Below, piece after piece: positions 1 through 12,302 of a stretch of 64,000 nt of DNA. The stretch is from Eledone cirrhosa (lineage: Eukaryota). The stretch lies in NCBI GenBank assembly GCA_964016885.1, contig OZ024742.1, positions 363,444,001-363,508,000 of the forward strand, given 5' to 3'. Position 1 is the stretch's first letter. Each line of letters begins with the position of its first letter. A program made the translations under genes and the position numbers. A model generated the notes under the pieces. That model did no database searches and was not told the origin of the DNA. It worked only from the letters and a program-made list of their open reading frames with translations.

Positions 1-3000
1 CTACAACTACTGCTAACACTACCACCTCCACTACTACTACTGTTACTACAACTACTGCTAACACTACCACCTCCACTACTACTACTGTTACTACAACTAC
101 TGCTAACACTACCACCTCCACTACTACTACTACTGTTACTACAACTACTGCTAACACTACCACCTCCACTACTACTACTGTTACTACAACTACTGCTAAC
201 ACTACCACCTCCACTACTACTACTGTTACTACAACTACTGCTAACACTACCACCTCCACTACTACTACTGTTACCACAAATACTGCTAACACTACCACCT
301 CCACTACTACTACTGTTACCACAACTACTGCTAACACTACCACCTCCACTACTACTAGTGTTACTACAACTACTGCTAACACTACCACCTCCACTACTAC
401 TACTACTGTTACTACAACTACTGCTAACACTACCACCTCCACTACTACTACTGTTACTACAACTACTGCTAACACTACCACCTCCACTACTACTACTACT
501 ACTGTTACTACAACTACTGCTAACACTACCACCTCCACTACTACTACTGTTACCACAACTACTGCTAACACTACCACCTCCACTACTACTACTGTTACTA
601 CAACTACTGCTAACACTACCACCTCCACTACTACTACTGTTACCACAACTACTGCTAACACTACCACCTCCACTACTACTACTGTTACTACAACTACTGC
701 TAACACTACCACCTCCACTACTACTACTGTTACTACAACTACTGCTAACACTACCACCTCCACTACTACTACTGTTACTACAACTACTGCTAACACTACC
801 ACCTCCACTACTACTACTGTTACTACAACTACTGCTAACACTACCATCTCCACTACTACTACTGTTACTACAACTACTGCTAACACTACCACCTCCACTA
901 CTACTACTGTTACTACAACTACTGCTAACACTACCACCTCCACTACTACTACTACTGTTACTACAACTACTGCTAACACTACCACCTCCACTACTACTAC
1001 TGTTACTACAACTACTGCTAACACTACCACCTCCACTACTACTACTACTGTTACTACAACTACTGCTAACAATACCACCTCCACTACTACTACTGTTACT
1101 ACAACTACTGCTAACACTACCACCTCCACTACTACTACTGTTACTACAACTACTGCTAACACTACCACCTCCACTACTACTACTGTTACTACAACTACTG
1201 CTAACACTACCACCTCCACTACTACTACTGTTACCACAACTACTGCTAACACTACCACCTCCACTACTACTACTGTTACTACAACTACTGCTAACACTAC
1301 CACCTCCACTACTACTACTGTTACTACAACTACTGCTAACACTACCACCTCCACTACTACTACTGTTACTACAACTACTGCTAACACTACCACCTCCACT
1401 ACTACTACTGTTACTACAACTACTGCTAACACTACCACCTCCACTACTACTACTGTTACCACAACTACTGCTAACACTACCACCTCCACTACTACTACTG
1501 TTACTACAACTACTGCTAACACTACCACCTCCACTACTACTACTGTTACCACAACTACTGCTAACACTACCACCTCCACTACTACTACTGTTACTACAAC
1601 TACTGCTAACACTACCACCTCCACTACTACTACTGTTACTACAACTACTGCTAACACTACCACCTCCACTACTACTACTGTTACCACAACTACTGCTAAC
1701 ACTACCACCTCCACTACTACTACTGTTACTACAACTACTGCTAACACTACCACCTCCACTACTACTACTGTTACTACAACTACTGCTAACACTACCACCT
1801 CCACTACTACTACTGTTACTACAACTACTGCTAACACTACCACCTCCACTACTACTACTACTGTTACTACAACTACTGGTAACACTACCACCTCCACTAC
1901 TACTACTACTGTTACTACAACTACTGCTAACACTACCACCTCCACTACTACTACTGTTACTACAACTACTGCTAACACTACCACCTCCACTACTACTACT
2001 GTTACTACAACTACTGCTAACACTACCACCTCCACTACTACTACTGTTACTACAACTACTGCTAACACTACCACCTCCACTACTACTACTGTTACTACAA
2101 CTACTGCTAACACTACCACCTCCACTACTACTACTGTTACTACAACTACTGCTAACACTACCACCTCCACTACTACTACTGTTACTACAACTACTGCTAA
2201 CACTACCACCTCCACTACTACTACTGCTGTTACTACAACTACTGCTAACACTACCACCTCCACTACTACTACTACTGTTACTACAACTACTGCTAACACT
2301 ACCACCTCCACTACTACTACTGTTACTACAACTACTGCTAACACTACCACCTCCACTACTACTACTGTTACTACAACTACTGCTAACACTACCACCTCCA
2401 CTACTACTACTGTTACCACAACTACTGCTAACACTACCACCTCCACTACTACTACTGTTACTACAACTACTGCTAACACTACCACCTCCACTACTACTAC
2501 TGTTACTACAACTACTGCTAACACTACCACCTCCACTACTACTACTACTGTTACTACAACTACTGCTAACACTACCACCTCCACTACTACTACTGTTACT
2601 ACAACTACTGCTAACACTACCACCTCCACTACTACTACTGTTACTACAACTACTGCTAACACTACCACCTCCACTACTACTACTGTTACTACAACTACTG
2701 CTAACACTACCACCTCCACTACTACTACTGTTACTACAACTACTGCTAACACTACCACCTCCACTACTACTACTACTGTTACTACAACTACTGCTAACAC
2801 TACCACCTCCACTACTACTACTGTTACTACAACTACTGCTAACACTACCACCTCCACTACTACTACTGTTACTACAACTACTGCTAACACTACCACCTCC
2901 ACTACTACTACTGTTACTACAACTACTGCTAACACTACCACCTCCACTACTACTACTGTTACTACAACTACTGCTAACACTACCACCTCCACTACTGCTA

Positions 3001-3030
3001 CTACTGTTACTACAACTACTGCTAACACTA
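1..3030. repeat. 45-bp (occasionally 48-bp) minisatellite CTACAACTACTGCTAACACTACCACCTCCACTACTACTACTGTTA, about 67 copies, open at window start
   Basis: Period of 45 seen directly (positions 1 and 46); length variants add one ACT triplet. Confidence 0.97.
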
Positions 3031-4640
3031 CCACCACCCCAACAAACGTCACCACTACCACAACTACCACCACCCCACAAACGTCACCACTACCACTACT
3101 ACCACCACCCCACAAATGCCACCACTACCACAACTACCACCACCCCACAAACGTCACCACTACCACTACTACCACCACCCCACAAATGCCACCACTACCA
3201 CAACTACCACCACCCCACAAACGCCACCACTACCACAACTACCACCACCCCAACAAACGCCACCACTACCACAACTACCACCACCCCAACAAACGTCACC
3301 ACTACCACTACAACCACCACCCCAACAAACGTCACCACTACCACTACTACCACCACCCCACAAACGCCACCACTACCACTACTACCACCACCCCACAAAC
3401 GCCACCACTACCACAACTACCACCACCCCACAAACGCCACCACTACCACTACTACCACCACCCCACAAATGCCACCACTACCACTACTACCACCACCCCA
3501 ACATACGTCACCACTACCACTACTACCACCACCCCACAAATGCCACCACTACCACTACTACCACCACCCCACAAACGCCACCACTACCACTACTACCACC
3601 ACCCCAACATACGTCACCACTACCACTACTACCACCACCCCACAAACGCCACCACTACCACTACTACCACCACCCCACAAATGCCACCACTACCACAACT
3701 ACCACCACCCCACAAACGCCACCACTACCACTACTACCACCACCCCAACATACGTCACCACTACCACTACTACCACCACCCCACAAACGTCACCACTACC
3801 ACTACTACCACCACCCCACAAACGCCACCACTACCACTACTACCACCACCCCACAAATGCCACCACTACCACTACTACCACCACCCCACAAACGCCACCA
3901 CTACCACTACTACCACCACCCAACAAACGTCACCACTACCACTACTACCACCACCCCACAAACGCCACCACTACCACCACTACTACCACCACCCCAACAT
4001 ACGTCACCACTACCACTACTACCACCACCCCACAAATGCCACCACTACCACTACTACCACCACCCCACAAACGCCACCACTACCACAACTACCACCACCC
4101 CACAAACGCCACCACTACCACTACTACCACCACCCCACAAACGTCACCACTACCACTACTACCACCACCCCACAAACGCCACCACTACCACTACTACCAC
4201 CACCCCACAAACGCCACCACTACCACTACTACCACCACCCCACAAACGCCACCACTACCACTACTACCACCACCCCACAAACGCCACCACTACCACTACT
4301 ACCACCACCCCACAAACGCCACCACTACCACTACTACCACCACCCCACAAACGCCACCACTACCACTACTACCACCACCCCACAAACGCCACCCCTACCA
4401 CTACTACCACCACCCCAACAAATGCCACCACTACCACTACTACCACCACCCCACAAACGCCACCACTACCACTACTACCACCACCCCACAAACGCCACCA
4501 CTACCACTACTACCACCACCCCACAAACGCCACCACTACCACTACTACCACCACCCAACATACGTCACCCCTACCACTACTACCACCACCCCACAAACGC
4601 CACCCCTACCACTACTACTATCATCGCTACTTACTACTGA
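3..4640 (+). CDS. Possible mucin-like Thr-rich exon (TTTANTTTSTTTTVT repeats, then TTTPTNATTTTT repeats, ending IIATYY*); frameshifted in the 35-bp units
   Basis: The frame starting at base 3 appears stop-free through the 45-bp array, with an N-X-T sequon in nearly every unit. The 36-bp units continue the Thr frame; the 35-bp units shift it. No start codon or splice site is visible. Confidence 0.35.
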   Translation, partial: TTTANTTTSTTTTVTTTTANTTTSTTTTVTTTTANTTTSTTTTTVTTTTANTTTSTTTTVTTTTANTTTSTTTTVTTTTANTTTSTTTTVTTNTANTTTSTTTTVTTTTANTTTSTTTSVTTTTANTTTSTTTTTVTTTTANTTTSTTTTVTTTTANTTTSTTTTTTVTTTTANTTTSTTTTVTTTTANTTTSTTTTVTTTTANTTTSTTTTVTTTTANTTTSTTTTVTTTTANTTTSTTTTVTTTTANTTTSTTTTVTTTTANTTTSTTTTVTTTTANTTISTTTTVTTTTANTTTSTTTTVTTTTANTTTSTTTTTVTTTTANTTTSTTTTVTTTTANTTTSTTTTTVTTTTANNTTSTTTTVTTTTANTTTSTTTTVTTTTANTTTSTTTTVTTTTANTTTSTTTTVTTTTANTTTSTTTTVTTTTANTTTSTTTTVTTTTANTTTSTTTTVTTTTANTTTSTTTTVTTTTANTTTSTTTTVTTTTANTTTSTTTTVTTTTANTTTSTTTTVTTTTANTTTSTTTTVTTTTANTTTSTTTTVTTTTANTTTSTTTTVTTTTANTTTSTTTTVTTTTANTTTSTTTTVTTTTANTTTSTTTTVTTTTANTTTSTTTTTVTTTTGNTTTSTTTTTVTTTTANTTTSTTTTVTTTTANTTTSTTTTVTTTTANTTTSTTTTVTTTTANTTTSTTTTVTTTTANTTTSTTTTVTTTTANTTTSTTTTVTTTTANTTTSTTTTAVTTTTANTTTSTTTTTVTTTTANTTTSTTTTVTTTTANTTTSTTTTVTTTTANTTTSTTTTVTTTTANTTTSTTTTVTTTTANTTTSTTTTVTTTTANTTTSTTTTTVTTTTANTTTSTTTTVTTTTANTTTSTTTTVTTTTANTTTSTTTTVTTTTANTTTSTTTTVTTTTANTTTSTTTTTVTTTTANTTTSTTTTVTTTTANTTTSTTTTVTTTTANTTTSTTTTVTTTTANTTTSTTTTVTTTTANTTTSTTATTVTTTTANTTTTPTNVTTTTTTTTPQTSPLPLLPPPHKCHHYHNYHHPTNVTTTTTTTTPQMPPLPQLPPPHKRHHYHNYHHPNKRHHYHNYHHPNKRHHYHYNHHPNKRHHYHYYHHPTNATTTTTTTTPQTPPLPQLPPPHKRHHYHYYHHPTNATTTTTTTTPTYVTTTTTTTTPQMPPLPLLPPPHKRHHYHYYHHPNIRHHYHYYHHPTNATTTTTTTTPQMPPLPQLPPPHKRHHYHYYHHPNIRHHYHYYHHPTNVTTTTTTTTPQTPPLPLLPPPHKCHHYHYYHHPTNATTTTTTTTQQTSPLPLLPPPHKRHHYHHYYHHPNIRHHYHYYHHPTNATTTTTTTTPQTPPLPQLPPPHKRHHYHYYHHPTNVTTTTTTTTPQTPPLPLLPPPHKRHHYHYYHHPTNATTTTTTTTPQTPPLPLLPPPHKRHHYHYYHHPTNATTTTTTTTPQTPPLPLLPPPQQMPPLPLLPPPHKRHHYHYYHHPTNATTTTTTTTPQTPPLPLLPPPNIRHPYHYYHHPTNATPTTTTIIATYY
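3031..4620. repeat. 35/36-bp minisatellite ACCACCACCCCA(A)CAAACGCCACCACTACCACTACT, about 45 copies
   Basis: Direct tandem periodicity; it abuts the 45-bp array with no spacer. Confidence 0.95.
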
Positions 4641-5046
4641 TATTAATTTTTTTTAATTTAATGTTTTTCGCAGCCTTCTATTCAATCTGAGTATATTTAT
4701 TTTATGAAAATGCTTTCTATTATTAGTAATGCTAATAGAATGTGTATTTAAAAGCCAATTTCTCTCTTGCAATTTTATTCTTTCAGGAAAATGCTTTCTC
4801 GATTTGACTTCACGTGACAAAATTCTCCTTATTTGGTATAAAACACAAGCTGCAAAATATTACTTAGATCAACATATAGGAGATATATACACCAAGAACA
4901 CACAGGTATACATACAAACATATATACACATATATACACCGCAGGTAGAAGTATACAGAAACACACAGATATACATACGAACATATATATATACATTTAT
5001 ACACTGCACGTTGATATATAGAGAGAAACACACAGATATACATACG

Positions 5047-5091
<45 letters not shown>

Positions 5092-5093
<2 letters not shown>

Positions 5094-5295
5094 CCCCAGT
5101 GAATTAACAACCCAGCAAGGAACTGGGCATATCAGAGTATTGACAATATCATACACCTAAACAACATATGTACTTGTCTATACCACACTAATTCAAACTG
5201 CCTGAAGAGGTCACAGCCAAAGATGGCTGTCACTGAAATATATATAGCAGTAATAAACGAAGCTAAATTTTAATCATTTGACTTTTATTTAACTT

Positions 5296-5300
<5 letters not shown>
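5092..5300 (+). mobile_element. Short non-coding HHR-bearing element (family A) between (TA)n tracts
   Basis: Reverse-complement copy at about 61050-61225 and a fragment at about 53035-53090. Confidence 0.75.
5197..5251 (+). ncRNA. Type I hammerhead ribozyme (family A)
   Basis: ACTGC-CTGAAGA-G-GTCACAGCCA-AAGA-TGGCTGTCAC-T-GAAA-TATATATA-GCAGT: stem I ACTGC/GCAGT, stem II hairpin, palindromic stem III. Confidence 0.85.
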
Positions 5301-5345
<45 letters not shown>

Positions 5346-5351
<6 letters not shown>

Positions 5352-7403
5352 ATACTTTGGGAGGGTCATGTTGCCATTAAGAAACACACGCACCAGTTAC
5401 TTTAACATCAATTTATTATAAATTAAATTTATAAATTTAGGAATTTATAAATTTACGGTTGATTGGTTGGTTCCACAACCAGACGATTGTTCATATATTG
5501 TCAAAGTTCTTTCGTCACACAATCTGTGACCTCTTGAATGACTGGGGATTATTTTCTTTGTTTTTGTGCCTCTCCTTTGTTCTGTCCTACGCCATCTTGT
5601 TTTTGTGTGTGTTGTGTGCTTAGCTTGCGCATGTGTTACATCCCGGTGTCTGTGTGTGTTTATATTTGTTTATTCATTTGTTTATTTACATGTTACTGGT
5701 TGGTTGTTTGTTCTGTGTGTGTGTGTGTGTTTTCATTTTGTCCTGAATTGTGAGTTGTGATGTTGCTATTCCATTCATGCTTTCTATTTAATTTTGGTTG
5801 GAGTTCATTTATATTTATTGCCTCAGTGATTTGTCTACATATTGCGTCTTTTCTGTGTGTAGATTCTATTTTTACTTCTATGTTCTTTAATTTACCCTTA
5901 TGTTCTATTTTAGGATGTTGGTAGAGTACAGATGATTCTTTACTATCTTGAAGCTCTCGCCAGTGTTCTTTTATCCGTTCTCCTATACTACGAGCTGTCT
6001 CACCTATGTACACTATATTCTTATCTCTACATTGTCCTTCAGTACATCTTATGCTATATACTACGTTTCTAGTTTTACAGTTAATATGGGGGCTTAGTTT
6101 ACAGATTATACATTTCTTATCTATACAGGGAGGTCTTTGAAAAGGGTATGTCTTGCTAATAAGTGTTTTTATGGAGGTACCTGGTCTTTCTACTATCTTA
6201 ATATTGAGTTTGTTTATCTAGGGCCCTTCCTAGTTTGTAAGCTAATTCACCTCTAGGGGTTGTATTGATGAACATTTCACTCTGATATTTATTGCTATCA
6301 TACCATGAGTTTATTCTATTAACCTTATTCCTAGTTCTTTCTATTCTATTCCAAAATTTGCTCCTTTACAAGGGGCAAGTCCCATTTGTATCATTATTTA
6401 CCATTTTTTCCCATTTGGTTCTGGCTCCTCTATATACTCTGATCTTATCTCTCTGATTGTAACCAGAGAACTGCATACGGTGGATGAAGTGTTGTATGTG
6501 TCTCTCTAGTTCTTTGTGGTTGCACATGTGGGACACGTTTCTCATCACCCGTACCAAATCCGCAATCAGTATGTTGATTTTGGTGTGGTCCAAAACAGCT
6601 GAGTTTCGGTGGATCAGATATTTGGAGGTCATGAGTTTGGCATAATGGGAATGGAGGATCTGTTTTTTTGTTATTGATAGTATGTAACCAGAGCTCTGTG
6701 TCTAGTACAGGTAATCGATGGTTGGGGTGTTTGCTTGGGTAGTCTATAGTAACTCTAATACTCTAGTGGATGGAGTTAGCTATTTACTGGATGCTTTCCA
6801 TGGGTTTTTTCTCTAATTCCTGACTGTTCTCTATGGGGGTGTTTTTAGTACGATGTTTATATCATCAACGTAGCGGGAGTACATTATCAGGGTTAAGAGG
6901 TTGCTGACTTCTAATTGTTTTTAAGTTTAAGTTTAAGTCTATTGTCCAACCATACCATGAATAGGTTAACTATGTCACCTGAAATGCTAACACCAATGGC
7001 TGCTCCTTCCTCTTGGGCATATGTTTTTCCATTAAATTTGAACATATGTTCCTTAAGGGTTAATTTTATACTGGCCCCCACGGCATGTGCAATCATTTTC
7101 TTTAGTTCATCGTGGTTTTCGGGGGTCCGTATGGCTCTGGTCCACCCGTTCCATCTATCTGTGTGGGTTTTCTTGGCCATTGAAGTAATGGTAGGTGGTC
7201 TGCTTCTTGCTGGTCTTGTAGGGCACAGGTTGCTAAGGTCATATGCATCTAGATAATTATTACTATAAGTAAGTTTAAGTAGGAGTCCCAGCTCACTGGT
7301 ATCAATCCCACGGATTTCAACATTGCTCTCACTGATTATTTCTCCTGTGGATTATATCTGGGGACATTACAATGATGGGGCGTATGATCAGGGAGAGGAA
7401 GTA
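5346..7403 (-). mobile_element. Penelope-like retroelement, 5'-truncated and degenerate (RT + C-terminal GIY-YIG + pseudo-LTR)
   Basis: ORF pieces show FKFNGKTYAQEEGAAIG, the YVDD motif and YIGETARSIGERIKEH...EAINI (GIY-YIG). The pLTR at 5346-5690 is shared with 7432-7910 and 11535-11882. Confidence 0.9.
5500..5542 (-). ncRNA. Degenerate pLTR hammerhead (family B); core mutated to TTCAAGA
   Basis: Reverse complement reads GTCA-TTCAAGA-G-GTCAC...GTGAC-GAAA-GAACTT-TGAC; homologous to 11684. Confidence 0.65.
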
Positions 7404-7431
7404 GGATAGTTTTTCATACTTCCTCTCCCTG

Positions 7432-7910
7432 ATCATGCAATAAACATAAATGAACTCCAACCAAAAGTAAATATAAAGCATGAATGGAATAGCAACATCA
7501 CAACTTACAATTAAGGACAAACTGAAAACACACACACACATAGAACAAACAACCAACCAGTAACATGTGAATAAACAAATAAATAAACAAATATATAGAC
7601 ACACAGACACACGGATGTAACACATGCGCAAACTAAGCACACAACACTCACAAAAATAAGATGTCGTAGGACAGAACAAAGAAGTGGCACAAAAACAAAG
7701 AAAAGAATCCTCAGTCACTGAAGAGTTCACAGAATGTGTGACGAAAGAACTTTGACAATATATGAACAATCGTCTGGTTGTGGAACCAACCAACCAACCG
7801 GAAATTTATAAATTCCTAAATTTATGAATTTTATTTATAATAAATTGAAGTGAAAGCAACTGGTGCGTGTGTTTCTTATTGGCAACATGACCCTCCCAAG
7901 TATAACAATA
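7432..7910 (+). mobile_element. Inverted pLTR segment at the 5' end of the minus-strand PLE
   Basis: Reverse complement of about 5346-5820; a 20-bp hairpin (7384-7403/7417-7436) lies at the junction. Confidence 0.85.
7714..7756 (+). ncRNA. pLTR hammerhead (family B)
   Basis: GTCA-CTGAAGA-G-TTCAC...GTGAC-GAAA-GAACTT-TGAC. Confidence 0.75.
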
Positions 7911-8109
7911 TCGGTCTCAACACACGTTTTCAGATAAAGAATATTGGTAAACAAATTCAGAAACGAAATATATATATATATATACGTATATACACTGCAC
8001 GTTCATATATAGACAGAAACACACAAATATACATACGAACATATATATATATACTTATATACACTGCACGTTGATATATAGTCAGAAACACACAGATATA
8101 CATATGAAC

Positions 8110-8155
<46 letters not shown>

Positions 8156-8583
8156 TTATATACACTGCACGTTGATATATAGACATAAACACACATAAAC
8201 ATACGAACATATATATATATAGAGAGAGATTTATATATACATATATACACTACACTTAGATACATACAGAAACACAGCGATATACATTTATCTATACGAT
8301 CATTTATAGACAAATGCAAACATTCCTACAACAATTCCTAAGTACAGACATACATAAATATATGTATACTCCACACACATACATACTTACACATAAAGAC
8401 ATGCGCCTACACATACACACACATACACACAAACGCATATATACATATATATGTATGCATTCTTCCGTTCAAATATGTATAAATGCAAATATACATTCAT
8501 TCATACATACATATTATACACATACGTACATACATACATACTTACATACATACATATAAATATATACGCACACATATCTAAAG

Positions 8584-8713
<130 letters not shown>

Positions 8714-9189
8714 TATATATATATACTGCACTCCTATGCATGCATACATATATACTTATATACATTAAGAAACTATTAAATGGATCTATACATACATACA
8801 TTTGTTAATATATAACTTAATATGTGTATACACAGTTCTGTCAATCACAGACATATTATAAACTATTGTTGATTTAAGGATCGATATACACAAGGAATAA
8901 CACAAATATACACATATAATATATATACACATATATATATGAACATATATATATATAAATAGATACATATACACACACTCATATATATATATAGTCCATA
9001 CATACTCATCAGTGGTTGGCTACTTAAAGAAAGTAAAGATGGGATTGTTCTCTGTTTATTAAGCGGCAATGTTTAATGTAAAGTTATTGTTGTCAGCAAT
9101 CTAATGGAATCATTTAAATCCTATCTCAAGAGTTTAACATTCATATTTTGACGTCATTGTCACATCTGACGTCATTTCCCTATATTCCA

Positions 9190-9345
9190 TCACGTGACCA
9201 ACTGGTTATAGTGTTGGGTTTACAATCGTATTCACGGAATTTCAATTCCAGAACCAGACAATGTATCCTTGTGGAAACCCTTTCTTTTACGTTGCTTAAG
9301 TCCACTTAACTGGGTAAAAATTATTTTTTCTACACTAGTACGAAA
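9190..9345 (+). mobile_element. Degenerate tRNA-derived SINE
   Basis: Weak similarity to the SINEs at 12300 and 22520 (..ttacaatc..ttcaattcc..tttacgttgct..). Confidence 0.45.
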
Positions 9346-9539
9346 TTGATTCAGCCCTTTATTACTTTAGAAAATATTGGTGTCATGGTAAGGAGAAACG
9401 TGTATACATGGGTGATGGATGTTCTTCCATTAAAACACATCTTCCAGGCTTGGTCGTTTTTTGTTGGTAAATCCTTGGTCAGTCAGGACCGGGGCCGGCG
9501 TTGTTTAAATTCCCTAAATATTGGTTTCCGATTTAGGCT

Positions 9540-9581
9540 TCGTCCTGATGAGTACCAGTTCAGTTCGAAATGCATCAACGA
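9540..9581 (+). ncRNA. Type I hammerhead ribozyme (family C), slightly decayed
   Basis: TCGTC-CTGATGA-GTAC..GTTC-GAAA-TGCA-TC-AACGA; palindrome ATGCAT; one mismatch each in stems I and II. Confidence 0.65.
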
Positions 9582-9705
9582 TTGTCGCTCTTGCATCTGC
9601 TGGACACCGCCAGGTGGTGATATCTACCGGTGTTTTTGCATAGATACGGCTTTCTAAATGTTTATTTATAAACATACCGTATTTCTTTAGAAATATGAAA
9701 TTTCA

Positions 9706-9817
<112 letters not shown>

Positions 9818-9859
9818 AAATGTGTGTAATCCTTGGTACAGTTAGGTATATTAAGACAG

Positions 9860-10062
9860 GGGGAAAGAAAAAAATGGCTTCACTTGTGCTTTCAACAAAT
9901 TTATTATCTTCACAAAATCCAAAAATAATTTTTTTCCGGAGTAGATAAAAAATAAAATTTGTTTTAATAAAAATTTTTTCTAATCTAGCAAAAAATTCTT
10001 TTTGGATTTTGTGAAGATAATAAATTTGTTGAAAGCACAAGTGAAGCCATTTTTTTCTTCCC
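9860..10062. repeat. Fold-back inverted repeat with about 60-bp core arms
   Basis: AAATGGCTTCACTTGTGCTTTCAACAAATTTATTATCTTCACAAAATCC and its reverse complement. Confidence 0.85.
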
Positions 10063-10069
10063 ACATGTC

Positions 10070-10105
<36 letters not shown>

Positions 10106-10109
<4 letters not shown>

Positions 10110-11882
10110 CCATACGGACACCCGAAAACCACGATGGACTGAAGAAATTGATTGCACATGCGGTAGGGGCCAGCATAAAACTAACCCTTAAGGAACATAT
10201 GTTCAAATTTAATGGAAAAACATATGCCCAAGAGGAAGGAGCAGCCATTGGTGTTAGCATTGCAGGCGACATAGCTAACTTATTCATGGTTTGGTGGGAC
10301 AGTAGACTTAAACTTAAGCTTAAAGAACAATTAGAAGACCCCTTAACTCTGATAATGTACTCCCGCTACGTTGATGATATAAACATCGTAGTTAAGACAC
10401 CCCCACTAGAGAACAGTCAGGAACTAGAGAAAAACACAATGTAAAGCATCCAGCAAATAGCTAACTCCATCCACCAGAGCATTAGAGTTACTATAGACTA
10501 CCCAAGTAAACACCCCAACCATCGATTACCTGTACTAGACACAGAGCTCTGGTTAGATACCATTAATAACAAAAAACAAATCCTCCATTCCCATTATGCC
10601 AAACCCATGACTTCCAAACATCTGATCTACCGAAACTCGGCCGTTTCGGACCATACCAAAATCAACATACTGATTGCGGATTTGGTACGGGTGATGAGAA
10701 ACGTGTCACGCATGTGCAACCCCGAAGAACTAGAGAGACACATACAACACTTCATCCACCGTATGCAGTTCTCTGACTACAATCAGAGAGATAAAATCAG
10801 AGTGTATAGAGGAGCCAGAACCAAATGGGAAAAAATGACATAAATGGGACCTGCCCCTTGTATTGGAGCAAATTTTGGAATAGAATAGAAAGAACTAGGT
10901 ACAAGGCTAATAGAATAAACTCATGGTATGATAGCAATAAATACCAGAGTGTAATGTTCATCGATACAACCCCTAGAGGTGAATTAGCTTACAAATTTAG
11001 AAGGGCCCTAAATAAACATAAACTCAATATTAAGATAGTAGAAAGACCAGGTACCTCCGTAAAAACACTTATTAGCAAGACATACCCTCTTCAAAGACCC
11101 TCATGCATAGATAAGAAATGTATAACCTGTAAAATAAGCCCCTATATTAACTGTAAAACTAGAAATGTAGTGTATAGCATAAGATGTACTGAAGGACAAT
11201 GTAGAGACAAAAATATAGTGTACATAGGTGAGAAAGCTCGTAGTGTAGGGGAACGGATAAATGAACACTGGCGAGACCTTCAAGATAGTAAAGAATCATC
11301 TGTACTCTACCAACATGCTAAAATAGAACACAAGGGTAAATTAAAAAACATAGAAATAAAAATAGAATCTACACACAGAAAAGACGCAATGTTTAGACAA
11401 ATTACAGAGGCAATAAACATAAAAGAATTACAACCAAAATTAAATAGAAAATATGAGTGGAACAGCAACATCACAACTTCAATTAAGGACAAAATGAAAA
11501 CACACACACACATAAAACAAACAACCAACCAGTAACATATAAATAAACAAATAAATAAATGAACATAAACACACACAGACACCCGGATGTGGCGCATGCG
11601 CAGACTGGGCACACAACACACAGAAACAAAATGGCGTAGGACAGAACAAAGGAGAGGCACAGAAACAAAGAAAGGAATCCCCAGTCACTGAAGAGGTCAC
11701 AGAGTGTGTGACGAAAGAACTATGACAATATATAAACAACTATCTGGTTGTGGAACCAACCAACCAATCAGAAATTTATAAATTTATAAATTTATTATAA
11801 ATTTATTATAATAATAAATTGAAGTAAAAGCAACTGGTGCGTGTGTTTCTTATTGGCAACATGACCCTCCCAAAGTATAACA
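10106..11882 (+). mobile_element. Penelope-like retroelement, 5'-truncated (RT C-half with SRYVDD, C-x4-C-x2-C linker, GIY-YIG, pLTR); same family as 5346-7403
   Basis: ORFs 10148-10444, 10607-10843 and 10825-11535 (VVYSIRC..YIGE.ARS..ERI.EH); flanked by (TA)n on both sides. Confidence 0.92.
11684..11726 (+). ncRNA. pLTR hammerhead (family B), intact core
   Basis: GTCA-CTGAAGA-G-GTCAC-AGAGTGT-GTGAC-GAAA-GAAC-TA-TGAC. Confidence 0.82.
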
Positions 11883-11904
11883 TATATATATATATATATA
11901 AAGA

Positions 11905-12178
11905 GATGAAATCGAAAATGCAACTGGAGTCTTATTTTTTTTTTTTAATATATATATTTATTTGGTTCCTTTACCGGTTTCGCAGTTCTTCTGCTTTTCA
12001 AAAGGTGAGTTGAGATGGAGGGTCTGTGCTTTTTCTCACATCCGTGAGAAAAAGCACAGACCCTCCATCTCAACTCACCTTTTGAAAAGCAGAAGAACTG
12101 CGAAACCGGTAAAGGAACCAAATAAATATATATATTAAAAAAAAAAAATAAGACTCCAGTTGCATTTTCGATTTCATC
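11905..12178. repeat. Apparently perfect palindrome: 135-bp arms with a 4-nt ATCC loop
   Basis: Arms 11905-12039 and 12044-12178 read as reverse complements. Confidence 0.93.
12078..12115 (+). ncRNA. Hammerhead (family D) with U3-A8 core; mirror copy on the minus strand at 11968-12005
   Basis: CCTT-TTGAAAA-GCAG-AAGAA-CTGC-GAAA-CCGG-TA-AAGG; palindrome ACCGGT. Confidence 0.78.
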
Positions 12179-12250
12179 CCTTTTTCTTTATACTTTCACT
12201 CGTGTAGGACACCTCGGTTATTTTTCATTTTGTAAAAAAAACCTCACTTT

Positions 12251-12299
<49 letters not shown>

Positions 12300-12302
<3 letters not shown>

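Noticed and set aside
358-4656. 1432-aa Leu/Pro-rich ORF
   Set aside because: It is an alternative reading of the tandem repeat with a GTG start. If anything here codes, the Thr-rich frame is more plausible.
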